A stretch of 64,000 bases of DNA. Source: Eledone cirrhosa. Taxonomy: Eukaryota. The translations under genes were made by a program, and so were the position numbers. Every line of letters starts with the position of its first letter. The stretch's first letter is position 1. The notes beneath the pieces are model-generated. The model did not search any database and was not told where the DNA came from. It saw nothing but the letters and a program-made list of their open reading frames with translations. The stretch covers positions 201,128,001 through 201,192,000 of the forward strand of contig OZ024742.1 in assembly GCA_964016885.1 (NCBI GenBank), written 5' to 3'. Positions 54,648 to 64,000 of the stretch are shown here, in pieces.

Positions 54648-54648
54648 T

Positions 54649-54730
<82 letters not shown>

Positions 54731-54875
54731 AAGAGTGATATGCTCATGTACAGGGATGCCATGAATAGCTTATAAAATAGGGTGAAAACATTTAAAGATG
54801 GAAAAAGAAGTCGCTGTCGTCCTCCTGATTTATTTTAACTTTATCCTTTCAGTACGTGAACATACTAGAGATCGG

Positions 54876-54981
<106 letters not shown>

Positions 54982-55131
54982 GACACACACACACAGACAC
55001 ACACAACACAGACACACACACACACTCAAACATAGACACACACACACAAACATAGACGCACACACAGACACACGCACACACAAACATAAACACACACACT
55101 GACATACACAGACACACACACACAACCATAG

Positions 55132-55221
<90 letters not shown>

Positions 55222-55269
55222 AAAATATAATATAAAGGGTGGACTGGTGTAATTCCTTAAAGTTTTATT

Positions 55270-55327
55270 ATACTATGAATATTTCAATGACCGGGTTCAG
55301 TATGAATCCGGTGACATCATCAGGTAT
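55270..55327 (-). ncRNA. Minimal type I hammerhead ribozyme
   Basis: ATAC-CTGATGA-tgtcACCGGATTCA tac TGAACCCGGTcatt-GAAA-TATTCA-TA-GTAT. Confidence 0.85.
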
Positions 55328-55429
55328 TCGAAATTTAACAAAGGGATAAAATCCATGGGGCTGAAAAGGCAGAGAGACAAGAAGGCGGCCACACATTTAG
55401 CACTTTCTAGTTCGGTCGGCCGCCTTCAA

Positions 55430-55575
<146 letters not shown>

Positions 55576-55721
55576 CCCTTGCTTCTGCTGTACATCACCA
55601 GAGCGCATTAGCCCCCCGGTGTTTGCATAGCTACGGCTTCCTAAAACCGTATATCCTTGGAGATACGAAATATTTATACATATTGTATAAAGCTATGCTT
55701 GAAGCGAAATCCTATTTCTGT

Positions 55722-55767
<46 letters not shown>

Positions 55768-56072
55768 CATATATATGATACCGTAACTCCTGATGCAGTC
55801 GTAGGAACCCCATAGATTGAACACACCAAATTTCGTCCAGAGAAGAATAGAGTGTGAGAGAAAGTGAAAAGGAGATATAGAGTAAAAATCGTCTCCAGTA
55901 TTAGACTGGTACTTTTTCTACTTCATGGCAAATGTGACCTCAACAGGATATGAATACCACGTAGCATTCTATCCAAAGTAAGGAGTTTTGTTACGTTGGT
56001 GTCCACCTCTTTACTTACATGATCATTAGATATTTTTATTCCAGAGTAACGATCTCATTACTTTATAAAGAT

Positions 56073-56099
<27 letters not shown>

Positions 56100-56104
<5 letters not shown>

Positions 56105-56297
56105 GGAAAAAGTATGACGCCGACGGCAGAGCTCAAGCCGTTTCGACGGCTATTTCTGGACTCGAAATAGCCGTCGAAACGGTTTGAGCTCTGTTGTCGG
56201 GTCATACTTTTTTCTATTTCCCACTCTACTAACCTAAGTATTGAGTACTGTGGTGCGTCATGGTCCATCTGGTTCCTTGCCCCAATTCCTTCGTTAT
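56100..56297 (-). repeat. Short (TA)n-nested repeat with a ~110-nt hairpin (copy 2 of 3)
   Basis: Near-perfect hairpin at ~56105-56215. Confidence 0.75.
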
Positions 56298-56812
56298 ATA
56301 TATATATATATAACCATAATTTTCAGTATTACCACTCCACATTGATTCCTCAATTTGTATGTGCGGATGTGTGTGTCTGTCTGGGGGTGGGGTGTGTGGT
56401 GTATGTGCAAGTCAACCAACATAAGTCTTTTTATATGTAAATTTTTTAGTATTCTACACCAACCATTATTTTCAGTAGTATCACTCCACATAAATTCCTC
56501 AATTTAAGAACGACCTGTAGTATCGAATTTAATACTATAAACCTCAATTGAATATAAATCTGACCAGAAATGCTTTTTGTGAGAATCAGTCATATGGATC
56601 TATTGTAATCTTGCCTGACGGTTTGAACTTTACAACACCACCTGCCTCTTTGAGGTCAAATACCAACCCTACTAGCATCTACAAACTGATCAATGAGAAT
56701 TAAGACTATTCCTGCTGACAACATTAAATTATTCCTAACAAGCTCATATGTCCCAAGGCTCTGATACCATCAACACCATAAACACAGAGCTGGCATATCT
56801 ATGAACTGACTA

Positions 56813-56868
56813 ACTGCCCGATGAGGTCATAGCCATTCAATGGCTATCATCAAAATATATATAGCAGT
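56813..56868 (+). ncRNA. Hammerhead-like motif with CCGATGA core and G12A change
   Basis: ACTGC-CCGATGA-ggtcATAGCCA ttcaa TGGCTATcatc-AAAA-TATATA-TA-GCAGT, downstream of a possible decayed CNL-CL Penelope tail. Confidence 0.65.
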
Positions 56869-56921
56869 AAATAAATGATTATGAGTTCATGCAATTGACT
56901 TATGTTTCGTCACTATATATA

Positions 56922-57851
<930 letters not shown>

Positions 57852-57911
57852 GTATGTATATATATGAATATATATATATGAATATATATATATATTTTTT
57901 TAATATAGATG

Positions 57912-57962
57912 AGATTCTACAGGACTAGAACTGTTTCATTCTTTAGAAATCATCACGAATCT
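57912..57962 (-). ncRNA. Decayed hammerhead (C3G), paralog of 39217-39268
   Basis: AGATTC-GTGATGA-tTTCT aa AGAAt-GAAA-CAG ttctagtc CTG-TA-GAATCT. Confidence 0.6.
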
Positions 57963-58411
57963 GGCTGTCAAAAATAAATGTTGTGGTATTTATATCTTTT
58001 CAGGTGGTAGGAGAGGGTGGTGAGTGGGGGGTGGGGTGGGGTGGGGTGGAGATCATTGGTTGAAAGAAAAGGGAATTCATTAAAAGCTAATTCTTTAAGG
58101 CTATAATTTATATTTAGAGTGACAAAGGCAGAAAGAATTCTATAAACAAGTTCAAATTCGCGTGCCACTCCTTATTTTTAAGTTTCTCTTAAGCTAACAA
58201 TGCCTATATTTCAGGTGTGTATAAGATGGTTGGGGTCGGTGATGGTTGATGGATTTAAAGAAAAGGGAAATTCTTTAAAAACTAATTCTTTAAAGCTCTA
58301 CTTAGAGTGACAAAGGCCAAGAGAATTCTATAAACCAGTTCAAAATATCGGGTGCTTATCATAATTGTCATGTTTCGTTTAAGCTATATTCCAGGTGTCA
58401 ACAGAGACATT

Positions 58412-58558
<147 letters not shown>

Positions 58559-58960
58559 GAAAAACATGGGAAGAAAGAGGAATACTGCGTGGTTGCACAT
58601 GGGTTACATATTATAAATTTAGTCCCTCATCAGTGATTTGCCAACCATCATTGGTATTTCATCGCATTAAAAATCAGATACCTCAGGTTGGTGCGAGCAA
58701 TAACTAAAATAACCTATTGGGACAAGTGAATCGCGTAAAGCGAGTGAGACAAGTAAACAACATAGAAGGAAAAGCAAACCGAAGGTAGGAAAACAGCAAG
58801 CAACATGATGGTTATCCGGTCAGCATAAGCTGGGTGAATTTCATGAGCCGTCAGAAAACAGACCGTCCGCCGTGAATGAGATGTGAGAAAGAAAGAACAC
58901 CCTACTAACGAACGGGTGGAAGTGAGAAAGAAGGGGAGAAACAGAGAGTGAGTGAGTGGA

Positions 58961-58995
<35 letters not shown>

Positions 58996-59484
58996 ATACT
59001 CTTAACCAAGATGATATTTACCAAAATGAAGAACAAGTCAACATCATTGGATACCATCAGTGTTGCAGGTGTTATATCAGAGTTTTCCTTCTCCTAGAAT
59101 TCTGCCTTGACAAAGGCTAAGGGGTCATCTCTCCCGGTGATTTTGGATGGCCATTGACTCTTAAGAGCTCCTCTGCCCTTTGACAGGTTTTGTTTTTAGT
59201 CCTGCAGGATGTCCAAAGTCACCCTCCTCACCAAGAAACCTTAGTGGGGTTGCCAGTTTAGTCGCCAATGACCCGACCATGGGACAGGTTGTACTGGGAT
59301 ACATGTTACCAGTAGCACCAAGTGGTGACCTGACATTCACACATACATGTATACATATATATATATTTATATATATATACACATATATACACATATATAT
59401 ATACACATACACACACATATATATATACACATATATATACATTTATATATATACATACATACATACATACATATATATATATAC

Positions 59485-59534
<50 letters not shown>

Positions 59535-60066
59535 CTTTAAAAGCTAATTCTTTACATACAAAGGAGGACACAAGTGCAGCGACCTTTGTATCTCAGAGAG
59601 CTGCGACCTTTCTATCTGAGAGAGCTACGAAATTTGTATTCGCCAAGGGCCCTCTACTGAACAAACTCTCTAAACACTGCCCGAACTGCATGCACAAAAA
59701 CTTTGCAACTTTCAAATACCTTAAGCCAGTGTTAATGCCCGATGGCTAAAAACGACTCCCCCCTTTTTCTTTAAACGCCAGCCGACAAAATAGCCCCTCT
59801 ACCTCCTTCGCACCCCACCACCCCTATCCCTTCTCAACCTGAAACACGGCACTATGGTTATGTAAGTACCTCATACCTATCTGCATTTTCAGCTTGTAGA
59901 GCTGTTTTTATGTGCCTGTGTATATGGGTATATTTATGAGTACATGTTTGAATGTATTTGTATGAGTGGCCGTTCGTTTGTATGCATATCGTTGTGTGTA
60001 CGTGCGTTCATATGTACCTGCATATGGGCATGTATGTGTATGTTTTGTGTGTGTATATATATATAT

Positions 60067-60470
60067 ATATGAAAGACGTAAATAAGAAAGTTATGAAAAT
60101 TGACTTGCTTACTAAAATTTCACTCCAACTAATTAGTTTCTGCAAGGGGATAAATATAGTTATGTAATAAATATAGAGAAGCCTTACGTCATCAGGGACT
60201 CTATTCTCAGCTAAGTTTCCAGGCAATGCTTCTCTTGACGTAAGGCTTCTCTATAGTTATTACATAACTATATTTATCCCCTTACAGAAACTAATTAGTT
60301 GGAGTGAAATTTTAGTAAGTAAGTCAATTTTCATAACTTTCTTATTTACGTCTTTCATATAATTGTTCTGCATTCCCCTGCATAGAACCACAAAGTTACT
60401 AAGACAAAACATATATATCTGCTAGCATAGGTATGCATCGGTATACATATGTCGGTAGATATATTAATTC
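60067..60470. mobile_element. Palindromic hammerhead element, same family as 9226-10010
   Basis: Arms ~60067-60191 and 60236-60360, with a shared downstream tail and (TA)n flanks. Confidence 0.85.
60122..60200 (-). ncRNA. Type I hammerhead ribozyme
   Basis: AGTCC-CTGATGA-cGTAAGG...CCTTGCa-GAAA-CTAATTAG-TT-GGAGT. Confidence 0.75.
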
Positions 60471-60482
60471 TTTATATACATA

Positions 60483-60513
<31 letters not shown>

Positions 60514-60578
60514 ATATGTATATGTACATGTATGTGTATATATGTATATATATATATGTATATATGTGTATTATATAT

Positions 60579-60612
<34 letters not shown>

Positions 60613-60617
60613 GTATA

Positions 60618-60686
<69 letters not shown>

Positions 60687-60707
60687 ATATATATATGTGT
60701 GTATATA

Positions 60708-60756
<49 letters not shown>

Positions 60757-60867
60757 GTATATATATATGTGTATGTGTATATGTGTATATGTATGTACAT
60801 GTGCATTTGTATGTATGTGTATCTATAGATATATATGTGTGTGTATATGTGTATATATATGTGTGTA

Positions 60868-61145
60868 TGGGACCATCCCAAAAGTCAGCTCAAAAGTGAC
60901 ACAGAGGAGACTGAGGTTAGCTGGACATGCTCACCGACATCCAGAGTTGACATTGCACTCAGTGCTCCTTTGCGAGCCCCTACATGGACACACTAGAAGA
61001 GGAAGACCAAGATTAACTTATGTTGATGCCCTAAAGACAGATACTGGTTTTTTTGGAGACGCAGGACATGGCAGCGACAATGAGGGACAGAGACCGCTGG
61101 AGAGAACTCGCCCATGGATCTCGGGAATTTTACCCGCCTTAGATA
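60868..61145 (+). mobile_element. RTE LINE 3' fragment
   Basis: [32 protein letters not shown] is a typical RTE C-terminus. Confidence 0.8.
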
Positions 61146-61378
61146 GATATGTGTGTATATGTATATATATATATCTGTATGTGTATGTGTGTGTGTATAT
61201 GTGTGTATATGTGTGTGTATATATATATATATGTATATATATGTATATGTGTATGTGTATGTATGTATATGTGTGTATATATATGTGTATATATTTATGT
61301 ATATATATGTATGTATGTGTATATATATATGTATAAATATGTGTGTATGTGTATATATATATATATATTATATATATA

Positions 61379-61415
<37 letters not shown>

Positions 61416-61420
61416 TTATA

Positions 61421-61453
<33 letters not shown>

Positions 61454-61506
61454 GTATGTATATGTATGTATATATATGTGTATGTGTATGTGTGTGTATA
61501 TATGTG

Positions 61507-61538
<32 letters not shown>

Positions 61539-61717
61539 TGTGTGTGTATATATATATATACACAGTTCAAGAGTAACCAATCTTAGAGAGAGAGATGGAG
61601 ATAGGAGAGGAGAGATTGGTGAATTAGTTAGAAGCCAAAGCGTAAAGGCATGTGCTCAATGTGCAATATGCAATGGAAGGCAGCTAGGTGGCTGGTTCAT
61701 GCAGAAGTTAGCTGGAA

Positions 61718-61934
61718 ATATTCATTAGTTAAGCAAAACAGGACCACACATTTCACAAGGAAGACATTATTAAAAGATTGTCAACATATTTTAGTTTGAT
61801 GTAAGGAATGTAGAGAATATATTATTAATATTATTACTATTATTCTCTAAATTCCTTACATCAAACTAAAATATGTTGACAATCTTTTAATAATGTCTTC
61901 CTTGTGAAATGTGTGGTCTTGTTTTGTTAACTAA

Positions 61935-61942
<8 letters not shown>
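61718..61942. repeat. Inverted repeat with ~100-bp arms abutting (TA)n
   Basis: Near-perfect arms around an AT-rich spacer at ~61819-61841. Confidence 0.85.
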
Positions 61943-61977
<35 letters not shown>

Positions 61978-62024
61978 CTGTATATATATATATATATGTA
62001 TATGTATATATATATATATGTATA

Positions 62025-62145
<121 letters not shown>

Positions 62146-62272
62146 ATATATAACGAAGGAAATGTGGTAAGGAACCAGGTGGACCATAACGCACCAAAGT
62201 ACTCAATACTTAGGGTAGTAGAGTGGGTAATAGGAACAAGTAAGAGCTCAGCCGTCGGGGTCTTACTTATTG

Positions 62273-62341
<69 letters not shown>

Positions 62342-62399
62342 TGTATATGTATATATATGTATTTAAATGTATATATATATATGTATATATATAGAATTC

Positions 62400-64000
62400 A
62401 CAGGGATCAAAGTTATGTTCAAACCATTTATTAGCTTACAATTGTTTCATCCAAACCGAGGCTTGGTGTCTTCGGAGCATTTTTCAATGTTTGTATACAT
62501 ACATGACCTCCTTTCCAACGCAAGAGACATACAGATACATATGTATATATTGATGTACAGTGGGGTGACATATATTATATTATTTCTGAATGGCAATTTA
62601 AATTCAAAAATTAAAATCATATTAAAACAGAATTAAAGCAAAATTAAAATTAAAATACAACATCGGCAGTTAACGTAGTAATGCAAGAGGATACTTTGTT
62701 AGTCAGTTGTAGTAGTTATAGTTACACAATTTATTAGGTGGTTTGTACGATGTAGCCTTACCTATCACTTCCCATTTAAGTGTATAAGATCTATTTTTAG
62801 TTTTTAGATAGTATATATAGCTAGATAGTGAAGTGGAGTTGGCTAGACTGCGTTTTTTGAAAGAATGGAGTGCGATTGTATCTGGTTTTGAAGCAGTTTG
62901 AAGTAGAGCCTATATAGATTTCAGAAGAGTTGTTAGTTGTGACGGTGCATGTGTATATGATATCCTTGATTAAGCATTTTTTATCTAAAGGGCAGGTTCT
63001 ATTAGATCTACAGTTACAATTATTTTGGATGTTAGCCTGCTGGTTATTATGTTGTGTAGAGGTCTGGATGGTAGCTGTTGCATAGGAAGTGATAGGTAAG
63101 GCGACATCGTACAAACCACCTAATAAATTTTGTAACCTCTGTCTACTAGAGACCCATACTATTATCTTCTCAAACCATAGCCTCCTTAATAAAAAAAATC
63201 GGAGTGTTCGCGTCATGCCAGCACTGCTTCCGACACTCCTTCCAAAACTTTAAACCCAATATAGAGCAATGTCAGGCTTGAACCCATCACCACTTTTAGC
63301 AACACACCTCAAGGGCACACCTTACACCACAACTCCACACTCAATGATCCACCCTATCTTAACATAATTCGTGCCATCTATCTAAAACCTTTTACCCTAG
63401 AAATATCCCCATGTACACCTACTTTTAGTATAATTACTTTCAATTACTTAGACTGTATTATATCACTATATAATTATATGTAAACTTTAAACACCGAATT
63501 CAGCAATGCATTATTTGTGCAAATGTTGTTGTATGTATTGAGTGCTATCATTAGATAAATAGAGGATTAATTTATTAACATAAAAGAGCTGTATAACCTA
63601 TATGTTGAGTACAATGAATTATGTACAAGTGGTATGTGAGTTATACATACATGTATAACTTGATAGATAGATTAATGACATTGTAAGTGAGAAATGTTTT
63701 TTGGTTTACCCTAGAGATATTTAACTTTGCCATGCAATCAGCCACACGCTGACCCAGAGCTTACCAGGGGTTATATAGACGTGGTTCTAATAGGGCCCCT
63801 GACAGGTTCTGTGAGTAGACTACATTTACAAAGAACTTTGATATGTAGATCTGACTCTTCGTATGGAATATTCAGCTGTAGCACTCTATGATAGGAAGTA
63901 ATCATTCTAATATAGATACCTTTAGTACTTCATGATAGAGTAGACTGTAATTAAAGATAGGATACTTAAATTTGGAAATTGTATATAACCGTATATATAA
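62400..64000. mobile_element. Head-to-head Penelope-like GIY-YIG remnants
   Basis: Minus arm reads CNCRSNRTCPLDKKCLIKDIIYTC..YIGST..FKTRYN. Plus arm from ~63084 reads EVIGKATSYKPPNKFCNLCLLE..LLNKK. 62729-62773 mirrors 63084-63129. The right boundary is uncertain. Confidence 0.8.
62434..62478 (-). ncRNA. Hammerhead ribozyme with variant CCGAAGA core
   Basis: GCT-CCGAAGA-caCCAAGC ctcg GTTTGGat-GAAA-CAATTG-TA-AGC. Confidence 0.7.

Noticed and set aside
58615-58692. CTGATGA and CTGAGGT...GAAA motifs on the minus strand
   Set aside because: The cores are incomplete and the stems cannot be closed.

Overview
Repeat-rich, AT-rich animal genomic DNA, not prokaryotic. The SINE families and microsatellite density suggest an octopus, but that is inference. 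One host gene crosses the window on the minus strand: three internal exons (26770-26879, 19585-20165, 8005-8465) of a canonical nicotinic acetylcholine receptor alpha subunit. Its 5' exons and M4 exon were not found here. The rest is a mosaic of retroelements (Tx1/L1, CR1/Jockey-like, R4/Dong-like, RTE, Penelope-like GIY-YIG remnants), tRNA-derived SINEs, non-autonomous Helitrons and microsatellites. The most notable signal is absent from the ORF track: by eye I find about 22 minimal type I hammerhead ribozyme motifs from several sequence families. About 12 have a canonical CUGANGA/GAAA/UH core, 4 have a CCGANGA variant core and 6 are decayed. Most sit in short non-coding elements nested in (TA)n, often as head-to-head palindromes or next to Penelope endonuclease remnants. 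All folds were paired by hand and no activity was tested.
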